64,000 bases of DNA from Patescibacteria group bacterium (lineage in GTDB: Bacteria > Patescibacteriota > Minisyncoccia > UBA6257 > 2-01-FULL-56-20), in contig JAGXBC010000003.1 in NCBI GenBank assembly GCA_018971305.1, forward strand, positions 92,325 to 156,324, written 5' to 3'. The notes beneath the pieces were generated by a model. The model made no database searches. It was not told where the DNA came from and saw only the letters and a list, made by a program, of their open reading frames with translations. This document shows positions 28,373 through 37,444 of the stretch, one piece after another. Numbering within the stretch: position 1 is the first letter of the stretch; each line of letters begins with the position of its first letter. Both the position numbers and the translations under genes were made by a program.

Positions 28373-29890
28373 TTAAAACAATTTTGATACAGGCTTAGCG
28401 TTGCTTATCATTTTTTTTGCTATCTCTATGTAGTCGGGGTTAATTTCAAAACCTATATATGATTGTCCTAATTCCCTTGCCGCGGCGCATTCTGAGCCGC
28501 TACCCACGAATGGCACCAGAACCACAGCGTTTTTTGGGGGCATAGCCGATTTAATCAATTTTGCAGATAGTTCAAATGGTTTTTGTGTGGGATGTTTGAT
28601 TATCTCGTGACCATCGTGTTTTTTCAATTGTCGTGGCTCAAAAACACCATTACATTTTTTGCATAAAAACCACCTCTCAACCATTCCGGCTCCACCAGCT
28701 AGAGCGGGGATCTTTATTACGTCCCTTGGTAGTGCGCCACCCTCGTGTGCCTTATAAACTGTTTCTAATCCGCCCTTACTAAATCTACCAATAGTACCTT
28801 TTCTTACTTTTCCGGCAGCTCCATTTAAAAATCCTTCCGTATATGGTTCTCTAACCTCATCCTTATTAAAAATCGGTTTATTTTTCCAGGCACAAATAAT
28901 TGCCTCATGACTTCTCTGCCAGAAATTTAACGATGCAACATTTTTGTTTGTGTAGTGCCAAATTAGCCAGCGTTTATTTATAGGAATTTCAACGGAAAGG
29001 TGTGCCAGAATTTCACTAAAACCATAAATAAACATAGTTCCAGTTGGCTTCATTGCTCTAATGGATTCGTTAATCCATTCCTTACACCACGCGATATATT
29101 CGTTTATTTCTCGCTTATCAATGTTATTGCCAAAGTCCTTGCCGATATTATAAGGAGGATCGATAACGACAACATCGCAACTTTCATCCGGAAGTTTTTT
29201 AAGTTCGGCTATCGCATCTCCCAATATAATTTTATTAAGTGGTAGGGTTTTATTTCTTTTTATGATAGATGTCGTTATCTCTTCGGCCCGCAACCCCTCC
29301 TCATTTTGAATAACGTCAATAACAACACCCTGGATTTTAATATCCCTATCTTTTTTAATAATAATCGGCTCATAGGCGCTATTTGCCGGTTCTAATCTAA
29401 TTTGCCCCCGCTCCTTATAGAATTTTTTAAGAGTTGCTTCGTGGTTGTCAATTAAAGCAACCACGCGTTGGCCATTTTCGGCGACTCCCTGCTGTTTTAC
29501 CAACACAATATCACCATCTTTAATATTTTCATCAATCATACTGTTGCCGGACACTCGCAAAGCAAAAAACTCTCCAGAGCGAGGGAGCTTGTTTTGAGAG
29601 ATGGCAACAGCCTCTCTTTCTTCGATCGCCTCAATTGGTTGACCAGCGGCGATGGTGCCGAGTAGAGGGATTTGGATAAGTTTTTCGGTTTTAGAAACTT
29701 CAATGCCGCGTTGTTTATTCTGTTCTTTTCGTAAATAACCACCATCCTTAAGATTTTGCAGGTGTTCGTGGATTGTTCCAACTGAACGTTTAAAGTGTTT
29801 TGCAAGTTCTGGAATAGAAGGGGAGTAGCCGTGTTTTTTGGAATAAGTTTTTATAAAATCCAGGAGCCCCTTTTGCTTTTTAGTAATCAT
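28373..29890 (-). CDS. fusion protein: a complete LexA-like repressor (wHTH plus S24 autopeptidase) joined N-terminally to a beta-class N6A/N4C DNA methyltransferase
   Basis: Residues 1-200 align across full-length LexA (LLGTIAAGQPIEA hinge, catalytic Ser in VSGNSM, Lys in ATLKKF). Residues ~215-505 have MTase motif IV DPPYN, HPTQKP, and motif I FVGSGSE in the IV-then-I order. Confidence 0.8.
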   Translation of the reverse strand: MITKKQKGLLDFIKTYSKKHGYSPSIPELAKHFKRSVGTIHEHLQNLKDGGYLRKEQNKQRGIEVSKTEKLIQIPLLGTIAAGQPIEAIEEREAVAISQNKLPRSGEFFALRVSGNSMIDENIKDGDIVLVKQQGVAENGQRVVALIDNHEATLKKFYKERGQIRLEPANSAYEPIIIKKDRDIKIQGVVIDVIQNEEGLRAEEITTSIIKRNKTLPLNKIILGDAIAELKKLPDESCDVVVIDPPYNIGKDFGNNIDKREINEYIAWCKEWINESIRAMKPTGTMFIYGFSEILAHLSVEIPINKRWLIWHYTNKNVASLNFWQRSHEAIICAWKNKPIFNKDEVREPYTEGFLNGAAGKVRKGTIGRFSKGGLETVYKAHEGGALPRDVIKIPALAGGAGMVERWFLCKKCNGVFEPRQLKKHDGHEIIKHPTQKPFELSAKLIKSAMPPKNAVVLVPFVGSGSECAAARELGQSYIGFEINPDYIEIAKKMISNAKPVSKLF

Positions 29891-30010
29891 GATATTATTA
29901 TATCAATACCGACCCGAAAGAAAACCGAAAGTTATCCACAGCCCCAGTTTGATTCTAGGACCCGTATGTTCAAAAGGTCGAACAATTAACAATAAAACGA
30001 AAAATAGTTT

Positions 30011-30196
30011 ATGGATTTTAATAACGCTAAAAAACAATTCGCAGAGAACGCTGGTATTTTTGGTAATCCCAACACAGAACCAGAAAATTATAATTTCTAT
30101 AACGGGTTAACCAATCTCGCCAGCGGTTTAGAACAACTTGAGTATGAAATGGCGGAGATAAAAAGACTGCTCGTTATGATTGTAAACAGGAGATAG
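30011..30196 (+). CDS. small hypothetical protein
   Basis: 61-aa ORF in the AT-rich island. Confidence 0.2.
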   Translation: MDFNNAKKQFAENAGIFGNPNTEPENYNFYNGLTNLASGLEQLEYEMAEIKRLLVMIVNRR

Positions 30197-30212
30197 CGAG
30201 GCGGTTTTTTGG

Positions 30213-30932
30213 TTGACCCCCTCTTTTTTAGGAGTAAAATTTGTGCGAAAGATATTAATGACAAAAACAATATATCAAGTATTTACTGATGAGTCGGGGG
30301 CTTGGAATGAGAGGGTTAATAACAAAACCACGACCTACGTTAGATGCTGGGTTAAAATTCCTTTGGGCGATAAGGCGATCAGCCTTGAGACTATATTCAA
30401 TCCCAAAAGCACAACAAAGATCGCGACATTCTTTACGTTCAGCGATTTACTAGAGTTTCGCACACGAAAAATTATTGTGCGCGAGGAGATTAATAAAGAA
30501 ATTCAGAATGTTTTTTTGCGCCTGCAAGAGGTGGTTAAAGGCTATATGCACAAGCTACCAAAAGAAATCGAAGACGCTATTAATCGAGTCTTATTCTTAT
30601 ATATTTATGAACGGTGGGCATGGGAAGACGCGAAACAAAGAGGGGTGTTTGAAGACTGTGTCGAGATTTTTATACATAAACCTCAATTTACAAAAGCGGA
30701 TTACCAAGAGCTTTTTAGAATTTTAGATATTAACCAAGGAAAATATAGTTTTATAAAAGGAGATGGCCTTGCCGGAATAAAAATTGCAGATGGTCTTGCT
30801 AGAACATTACGACGCGTGCCCACCTCTGATTTTCAAAAAGAAGGACAACTTAGAAATTTGAAATTGGTTCTGCAGAAAAACACTATTGAATTAGGAAATA
30901 TAGTAAAGGGAATCGATAAGGTTTTTCTTTAA
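30213..30932 (+). CDS. DUF3800-like protein; likely start at M16 (30258)
   Basis: N-terminal IYQVFTDESG resembles the DUF3800 xDESG motif. Confidence 0.35.
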   Translation: MTPSFLGVKFVRKILMTKTIYQVFTDESGAWNERVNNKTTTYVRCWVKIPLGDKAISLETIFNPKSTTKIATFFTFSDLLEFRTRKIIVREEINKEIQNVFLRLQEVVKGYMHKLPKEIEDAINRVLFLYIYERWAWEDAKQRGVFEDCVEIFIHKPQFTKADYQELFRILDINQGKYSFIKGDGLAGIKIADGLARTLRRVPTSDFQKEGQLRNLKLVLQKNTIELGNIVKGIDKVFL

Positions 30933-31017
30933 TAGAAAACTTGAAAGTGATAAAACATGGAAAAGAAAATTTCGCGAGAAACTTCTTACATGATTTCCAG
31001 TATGAAGGTATAAATTT

Positions 31018-31206
31018 ATGGAAACAATAGTAAAAATTGTTATTGCAATTGGCGCATCATTTTTGCTTTGGAAGCCTTTTAAATGGCTTATTGGAGCAGC
31101 ATTTGAGAATGCAAAATCACGTATCGCTTCTTTGGTTGGAGGAATTGTTGTGGTTATTATCGTTGCCATCTTTATTGCATTAATCGGTTGGCTCTTGAAA
31201 TATTAG
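31018..31206 (+). CDS. small membrane protein
   Basis: Two hydrophobic helices. Confidence 0.25.
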   Translation: METIVKIVIAIGASFLLWKPFKWLIGAAFENAKSRIASLVGGIVVVIIVAIFIALIGWLLKY

Positions 31207-31253
31207 TTTTCAAAATCCCCCTAAAAAAAACGGCGGGTTTTATTTTATACCAT

Positions 31254-31568
31254 CTAATCCGTCCCAAATAGCGCCCAAAATTTTTTCCAACCGTTCAATT
31301 CTTTAATATTTTGTTTTTCAGTTTCCTTTTCGTCCACCGCTATAAAGAAAACATCTTTGACGAGCTCCTTGTCCCAACCGCGCTGCATGAGCCATTTGGA
31401 AAAATCGCAGAGGATTTCGGCGTGCGGTTCTATCTTGTCGTCCAAAAGAGTCCGCCATGGTAGTTCGTTGCGTTTATTTTTCCCCAGACGCGTATCAAAA
31501 TGAAACTCCAAAAGTTCATTGAACAATTCTTTCTTAAACCTTTCCCTTTCGTTCGCCTTATCGGACAT
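31254..31568 (-). CDS. hypothetical protein
   Basis: ORF with a hairpin at its 3' end. Confidence 0.3.
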   Translation of the reverse strand: MSDKANERERFKKELFNELLEFHFDTRLGKNKRNELPWRTLLDDKIEPHAEILCDFSKWLMQRGWDKELVKDVFFIAVDEKETEKQNIKELNGWKKFWALFGTD

Positions 31569-31658
31569 ATAAAAATTATAACTCCACCCCCGCCCCGCGA
31601 GAAGCGGGCTTTTTGACGACCCTTGACATACATAATGATATAAGCATATACTTATATT

Positions 31659-31946
31659 ATGTCAGATTTATGCAATGAAATAGAACGATTCGGCAAAAGC
31701 ATTGGCAGCGTTCCCCGCTACCGCATCGTTGAAGCCCTGCTTAAAGGGCGGAAAACAGTGGGCGAGCTTGTTAAGATAGTAAAGCTTTCGCAGCCGGCAG
31801 TTTCTCAGCATTTAAAAACGCTCCGGGCCTCAAATCTCGTTATAGATGAAAAAAGGGGACAGGAAGTGTTTTATACCGTGGACGGCGAATACATGCTTGA
31901 GCTTTTGAAAAATTTAACGGCTGAAATAAAGAAACCTAAGAAATAA
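31659..31946 (+). CDS. ArsR/SmtB-family HTH transcriptional regulator
   Basis: Winged HTH in VGELVKIVKLSQPAVSQHLKTLRASNLV. Confidence 0.75.
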   Translation: MSDLCNEIERFGKSIGSVPRYRIVEALLKGRKTVGELVKIVKLSQPAVSQHLKTLRASNLVIDEKRGQEVFYTVDGEYMLELLKNLTAEIKKPKK

Positions 31947-31957
31947 TTTTTTAATTT

Positions 31958-32575
31958 ATGGATTATAACAAATTGGCAACTAAGGAAAGCGTCAGCAGAA
32001 CCTCTGCGGCTCTGTCTGCCAAAAAGTATGAGGTTACCATCGCGCAAAATGGCGCCGAGGCCTTGCAAAAGATAAAGGAATTGATTCCCAAAGGAACGTC
32101 AATTATGAACGGCGCCTCGGTCACCTTGGAAAAGATAGGTTTCGTGGATTATCTCAAATCCAACGAACACGGCTGGAACAACCTGCATGAAAATATTTTG
32201 GCAGAGAAAAATCCGGCAAAGCAGGCGCTGCTTAGAAAGCAGGCCGTGCTTTCCGATTATTATTTGGGAAGTGCTCACGCTCTCACGGAAAACGGCGAGT
32301 TTATTATCGCTTCCAATAGCGGCAGCCAGTTGCCGCACATAGTTTTTACGTCTCCCAATCTTATATTCGTGGTGAGTACAAAAAAGATAGTGCCGACCCT
32401 AGAAGACGCGATGAAGCGGTTGGACGAGCACGTGATTCCCTTGGAGGACAAGCACATGCAAGAGAAATACGGAGTGGGAACCGCTCCCAATAAGATAGTT
32501 ATCTTCAAGGGCGAAAACGTTATGCTCGGCAGAAAAGTTCACCTGATTTTGGTTAACGAGAATTTGGGATTCTGA
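31958..32575 (+). CDS. LUD-domain (DUF162, LutC/YkgG-like) protein
   Basis: Length and the FIIASNSG...FVVSTKKIV pattern. Confidence 0.4.
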   Translation: MDYNKLATKESVSRTSAALSAKKYEVTIAQNGAEALQKIKELIPKGTSIMNGASVTLEKIGFVDYLKSNEHGWNNLHENILAEKNPAKQALLRKQAVLSDYYLGSAHALTENGEFIIASNSGSQLPHIVFTSPNLIFVVSTKKIVPTLEDAMKRLDEHVIPLEDKHMQEKYGVGTAPNKIVIFKGENVMLGRKVHLILVNENLGF

Positions 32576-32724
32576 AGCTGTAGAACACAATCTCTCTACG
32601 CTTCGCAAGAAGCTGGCTCAAAAAATTTCAACGGACGGGAAAAGTTAACCCCGCCATTATTTGACTTTTTTCTGATTTTATTATAAAAAAGGGACAGTTC
32701 GTTTGTCAGAGAGGAGATCCTTAT

Positions 32725-34008
32725 ATGTCATACAGAGAGTTTCTGCGGATACTTTGGAGGTCAGCGATTGTAGCATTGATTATCTATTTCATCTTTCTTT
32801 TGCTGCGAAACGCTGGCTCTTCCCACAGCACGATTAATCAGGATAGTCAGATATATTACTATGCCGACTTTCTTTTTGTGGACGACCCTCCGCCGTTGGA
32901 TGACAAACAGAGCGACAGTGAAAAAGAATTTCACTCGTTCGTTTTCTTCCTGAGAGACGTTAGCCAAAATGAGCACCCCTTGCACAGAATAGATTTCTTA
33001 AAAAACTTAACCGATGACTACCGTTCGGAGGTAAAAACATTTCAGGAAAAGACCGGAAACAATCCGGAGCTTATGTACACATTGCTCTTCGATAAATCGA
33101 AGATCATTGACCTTATTCTGCGAGAGGAAAAGGAAAGGGATAGAAGAATCGCATCTTTACGTCCCGCGCCGAGTTTGGTCTACGTATTCTTCTTTTTTCA
33201 GGTCATAAGTATCGGTTGGCTGATTCTATGGTGGGCCACTGTCGGAAGCTGGAATGTTTTCCGCTTTCCTTATCGAGCGTGGTGGTTCTACGTTTACTTG
33301 GCCTTCATGCTCCCGTGTTCACTTGCCTTGATAGCATCGGTCGCATGCGGCGAGCTTGTTTTCTTTGTTATCCACATGATAGAGGCCAAACGAGATAGAT
33401 TCCGCACTGGGCTTAAAAAGCTGGCAGTCCGTCTCAAAATTGTAAGAGAATACGACGATTTGTGCGCTAATATCAATAAAAATCGCGCCAAGCACAAGGA
33501 TGCCTGGATTAGTTCCTTTGGTAGTAAACGAATATCCGTCAAGATTACACAAGAGAACGTTGTTCTTGAAGAACTTGGCAGGAATCTTCGCGCCAGGGAA
33601 AAGGAATTGCAAACGATGCAGCGCGACTATTTTGCGAAGAGGGAATTTATCAAACGCCTAAAAAAAATTCCGAATATGACCGAGCGGCTGGCAGAGGAAT
33701 TTGACGAACTGTCCCGCAATCCATTAGTGAAAGCGCTTGAGGTGAAAGACGATTGCCTGGTGGTCTACACAGACGCTATTTTTGGGAGCAGGGGAACCGT
33801 TGGACCTTTCCGTATAGACATTTCACCTACCGAAAGCACAAAAAGGGTGTCCTTTGCGGCTAAGTGGTCGAGGAAACATCCCACCGGAGACGGAACAGAC
33901 GGTCCTTACTGTTTCGGTAATGCGAACGAATTGATTGATAAACTACTTGAAGAATATCGCATTGCCGAGGGAGTTGGCCTGATGTTGAAAGCATTCCAAT
34001 CCAATTAA
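32725..34008 (+). CDS. membrane-anchored coiled-coil protein with a C-terminal E2/UBC-like domain (candidate Ubl-conjugating enzyme)
   Basis: N-terminal TM helix, two or three further TM helices at ~140-215, a coiled coil at ~220-330, and a C-terminal ~100 aa with FRIDISPTESTKRVSF...HPTGDGTDGPYCFGNANELIDKLL that resembles the E2 HPN...C motif. Confidence 0.5.
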   Translation: MSYREFLRILWRSAIVALIIYFIFLLLRNAGSSHSTINQDSQIYYYADFLFVDDPPPLDDKQSDSEKEFHSFVFFLRDVSQNEHPLHRIDFLKNLTDDYRSEVKTFQEKTGNNPELMYTLLFDKSKIIDLILREEKERDRRIASLRPAPSLVYVFFFFQVISIGWLILWWATVGSWNVFRFPYRAWWFYVYLAFMLPCSLALIASVACGELVFFVIHMIEAKRDRFRTGLKKLAVRLKIVREYDDLCANINKNRAKHKDAWISSFGSKRISVKITQENVVLEELGRNLRAREKELQTMQRDYFAKREFIKRLKKIPNMTERLAEEFDELSRNPLVKALEVKDDCLVVYTDAIFGSRGTVGPFRIDISPTESTKRVSFAAKWSRKHPTGDGTDGPYCFGNANELIDKLLEEYRIAEGVGLMLKAFQSN

Positions 34009-34019
34009 AGGAGGATAAA

Positions 34020-34673
34020 ATGCATAAAAGAAATATCCCGCTGTGCCTACCATTAAAAACGTTGAGTCCGGAAGCGGCCTTGATATCCTATCCGAATGCA
34101 ATACGACTGCTACCCAAGCTTGTCTTGGCGAGTGATGTGTTCCGGCAACTTTCCTGCTATTACCGTTCGATACGATGCGAATTCCAACTGATGGGATTCG
34201 TGGAGCGCGAAGATGAGAACGTTTTTCGCGTGACAGAACTCGCAATCAATCCTCAATACGTGGGAATAACCCATGCCGATAACGACACGCTGATGTTTTC
34301 TGATTTTCTCCGAGAACTTGAGTTACGGGGAAAAGATATCGGCAATCTGCGTCTGCAGGCTCATTCACACGGTATGCTGGAATCGTATTTTTCCTGCAGA
34401 GACGTGGATACGATCTGTGATTCTTACGCTTGCGACTGGATGATCTCGATGGTGGGGAACATCCGGCTTGATTTGAAGGCGCGGCTAGATATATTCGAGC
34501 CCGTGCCGTTAAGCATTTCATTGCCAATATTCGTGGAGTCTTCTTTGTCGGAAATTAATGCCCCAGTTGTTTCCGTGGAAGAAAAGAGTGCCGAAGAAGC
34601 TGCATGGCTTATGCAGCTGCTGAAACAGATGAGGCCAGGTATGGAAGTAGCGGGGGAGGTGTTCCATGGCTGA
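34020..34673 (+). CDS. JAB/JAMM (MPN+) metalloprotease
   Basis: Exact JAMM motif HSHGMLESYFSCRD (HxHx7Sx2D) with an upstream Glu (CEFQLMGFVE). Strong RBS aaggagga. Confidence 0.7.
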   Translation: MHKRNIPLCLPLKTLSPEAALISYPNAIRLLPKLVLASDVFRQLSCYYRSIRCEFQLMGFVEREDENVFRVTELAINPQYVGITHADNDTLMFSDFLRELELRGKDIGNLRLQAHSHGMLESYFSCRDVDTICDSYACDWMISMVGNIRLDLKARLDIFEPVPLSISLPIFVESSLSEINAPVVSVEEKSAEEAAWLMQLLKQMRPGMEVAGEVFHG

Positions 34674-35364
34674 TTTTCTAAGACAGCTAGATATCATTGA
34701 TCCAAAGAAATTGGTATATCCCGTAACTTGTATCGGATTGGGCGGTATCGGAAGTTTTACGGCAGCAGCTCTTCGCAAGATCGGTTTCCAAAAATTCATT
34801 CTCTATGATGGTGATGTGGTGGAGGCCCATAACATACCTTCGCAAAATTTTCCGTGGGAAAGCGAGGGCTCAACCAAGGTTTCCGCGACAGAGAAAGTGT
34901 TGCGTGAATCACTGGACTCCGAAGTGGAGATTACCGCCTATGATCGCAGGTTTACCGAAAATGACCATCTTGAAGGAATTGTCGTTGCCGGTGTGGACAG
35001 TATGTCTTCACGGCAGGCAATCTGGAAAGCCGTGCAAAACAACCGAGCGCTTGTCCCGCTTTTCTTAGACGGCCGCATCGGGGTTGAGTGGGACGAAAAA
35101 GAGCGCAAGGTCAAAGGAGAATGGATAGAGGTTTTTAGTTTGAACCCTTCATCGTTTTCCGACATTGAGCTTTACGAGTCGCATCTTTTCCCCGAAGAAG
35201 AAGCCGCCGCTCTGCATTGTACTGCGCAGGCGGTGATCTACATCGGCTACTTCATTGCGGCGTTCATAAGCTCAAGCATTCGCAAGTGGGCTTGTGGCGA
35301 AGAGATTCATCGCTATTTGCTTTATGACGCTTTGACTTCTGACATAATCAGTGCTATAAAGTAA
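34666..35364 (+). CDS. E1-like ThiF/MoeB-family adenylyltransferase (Ubl-activating enzyme)
   Basis: Rossmann GLGGIGS, DGDVVEAHNIPSQNF, the D...R...DGRIG adenylation motifs, and a candidate catalytic Cys in LHCTAQ. The start overlaps the JAB stop by 8 bp. Confidence 0.8.
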   Translation: MADFLRQLDIIDPKKLVYPVTCIGLGGIGSFTAAALRKIGFQKFILYDGDVVEAHNIPSQNFPWESEGSTKVSATEKVLRESLDSEVEITAYDRRFTENDHLEGIVVAGVDSMSSRQAIWKAVQNNRALVPLFLDGRIGVEWDEKERKVKGEWIEVFSLNPSSFSDIELYESHLFPEEEAAALHCTAQAVIYIGYFIAAFISSSIRKWACGEEIHRYLLYDALTSDIISAIK

Positions 35365-35409
35365 CAGACTCCAGGTAGTAAAATTTCGGAAAAAAAAGGG
35401 GGTGATACT

Positions 35410-35622
35410 ATGGTGCACGTAAGATCCGCAGGTGTTTCCGAGGATCTCCCGTTCCGTGAGGGTATGACCGCTCAGGACGCCTTAAGAGAAGCTGGCGTTC
35501 GGAAAGGTCTCTTCCAAGCCAACCCACAGATCTTGGTTGGCCCGGATGTCGCCAATGGGGCGCAACTCCTCAAGGACGAAGACACGGTGACCGTGTCTCC
35601 AAAGATCAAAAATGGCGGCTAA
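35410..35622 (+). CDS. ubiquitin-like beta-grasp protein (ThiS/MoaD-like) ending in Gly-Gly
   Basis: 70 aa, with the C-terminal VTVSPKIKNGG-stop like ThiS/MoaD/ubiquitin tails. RBS gggggtga. Higher GC than its surroundings. Confidence 0.65.
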   Translation: MVHVRSAGVSEDLPFREGMTAQDALREAGVRKGLFQANPQILVGPDVANGAQLLKDEDTVTVSPKIKNGG

Positions 35623-35791
35623 AGCCGCCCAACAATGGATGGGGGAAGAACGCACAAAGCGATTTGACCCCCATCCTAATTTTTTTTATATTCCCTCACT
35701 TCCGTCCGTAGACCGGTAAACCAACCTGTACCCGAACCGCCGAAAGGAAAATTCCGGCTGGCAGTCCGAGGGCGATTCGGGGCGTATCGTT

Positions 35792-36250
35792 CTACAACTT
35801 TCCCTTCTTTTCGTATTTGTGATCTTCGTTGTATTTTTCCAGGACCGTTTTGATGCTTTGGAGATGGGCTTCAACCCGGTGTAATTTAAATCTAAGCATT
35901 TCCTCCCTGTGTTTTGCGGATATCCTTGTGGTTGTTTTTAAAAATTGGGCATACCAGCCCCTCTCTTTGTCCAGAAGCGCTTCTTCTTTATAAAAACCCC
36001 ACGCCGAAGACGCCCACTCCGGTAGGTTGTTAATGTCTTCCTCGCGCGCGGTCAGTTCCTGAAGGAGATTTCTGATATTCTCCTCTATTTTATCCGTATC
36101 CTCCTCTTTTTTCTCCAGTTCAATAAGTTGTATTTGTTCCGGTTCGGATTTTTCCTGATTTTTTCCTGATTCTGTCATCGGTTTGATTATAGCAAAAAAT
36201 CGCGCTTTGACAGACTCTCTAAAGGGATTAAGATGATGACATGAAATCAT
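35792..36250 (-). CDS. coiled-coil hypothetical protein
   Basis: Glu/Lys-rich heptad pattern, convergent with the Ubl gene. Confidence 0.3.
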   Translation of the reverse strand: MISCHHLNPFRESVKARFFAIIKPMTESGKNQEKSEPEQIQLIELEKKEEDTDKIEENIRNLLQELTAREEDINNLPEWASSAWGFYKEEALLDKERGWYAQFLKTTTRISAKHREEMLRFKLHRVEAHLQSIKTVLEKYNEDHKYEKKGKL

Positions 36251-36702
36251 TGGAAGAGACTATGCCTGCGGAAAATAATTGATCGGTTCGTAAGGAAAGT
36301 GAGGGAAAAATGGAAGAATTGTTTCTCCGGCTTTTAGAATTAAAACCGAGCGATGAAGAGCTTGTTCGATTTGTGACGGTGGACGTGAACAGCCCGATAT
36401 TTACAGAATTGGTCTGACAAGAGATACAAAAGCGCCACCTTAATGGCAGCGAAGAAGACAACGGACAACTTTTGCAATTGGCGGAGAAAATTCGTGAGTT
36501 GAGATCGAATAAAACAAAGCATGAGGATGCGAAGCGGACTGGATGGCACCAAGCCGGAAACATGTTGGGGGATATTCGCGCTTTCCAAAAGTTGCAGGAA
36601 AAACACGACGATAGTTTAAGCAACGTGAAAAAACGGACAGGCAGCGAAGAGAAAGAGATCCGGAATATCCTCGGTCAAGTTAAAAAACTTTAGCCGTTCC
36701 GT

Positions 36703-37002
36703 TTGGGCTATGGTATAATTCTGTCTATGGAGGTGCTAATATTCGCTCAGACATTGTATTATTTCGTAGTTTCTCTCGCCATAATAGTACTCGGCGCCTT
36801 GTTTACGATTATCACATACCACCTAATTCATATTACAAAGCATTTACAAAACATTTCCGATAACCTTAACGACACCTCGGATGAATTAAAAAAGCGGATT
36901 GAAGAAGTTATTGAGCGGCTTGCTTCACTCCCGATACTCTCATATTTTTTAAAGAAAGACGACGGTCACGAGTCGCATTCGTCTCGTAAAAAAAGGTCGT
37001 AG
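36703..37002 (+). CDS. small membrane protein
   Basis: Two TM helices followed by a charged tail. Confidence 0.3.
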   Translation: MGYGIILSMEVLIFAQTLYYFVVSLAIIVLGALFTIITYHLIHITKHLQNISDNLNDTSDELKKRIEEVIERLASLPILSYFLKKDDGHESHSSRKKRS

Positions 37003-37019
37003 CATAATATTGTATAAAC

Positions 37020-37358
37020 ATGAAAAAGAAAAATTTGAATTCTAAGAAAAGGGGAGGGGTGAGCGTGTTGGCGGGTGTACTGATAGGTGCGGCACTTGGC
37101 GTTGGAGTCGGCTTGCTTGCCGAATCAAAAACAGGAAAACGATTTGAGAAAAAAGCCAAAAACCTGTCCGTAGACTTCTACGGATACATGGTTCCGCAAA
37201 TTAAAAAAGTTAAAAAGATGGGGGAAGCGGAATATAAAAAGTTTGTGATGGAAGCAATGAAGCAGTACAGTAAAAACAAAAAACTTTCCCGGGCGGAAGC
37301 AAAATATCTAGTGAAAGATGCCCAGGGGGCCTGGAAACATCTGAAGAAGTACTTATAA
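37020..37358 (+). CDS. hypothetical small protein with an N-terminal TM
   Basis: ORF only. Confidence 0.3.
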   Translation: MKKKNLNSKKRGGVSVLAGVLIGAALGVGVGLLAESKTGKRFEKKAKNLSVDFYGYMVPQIKKVKKMGEAEYKKFVMEAMKQYSKNKKLSRAEAKYLVKDAQGAWKHLKKYL

Positions 37359-37444
37359 GTAATTTTTTAGACGTGCTTCCCTATATTATGAGCTCAAAAA
37401 AGGGAATTTTATTTGCCGTTTAAAGTTATGTTAAAATAATATAT

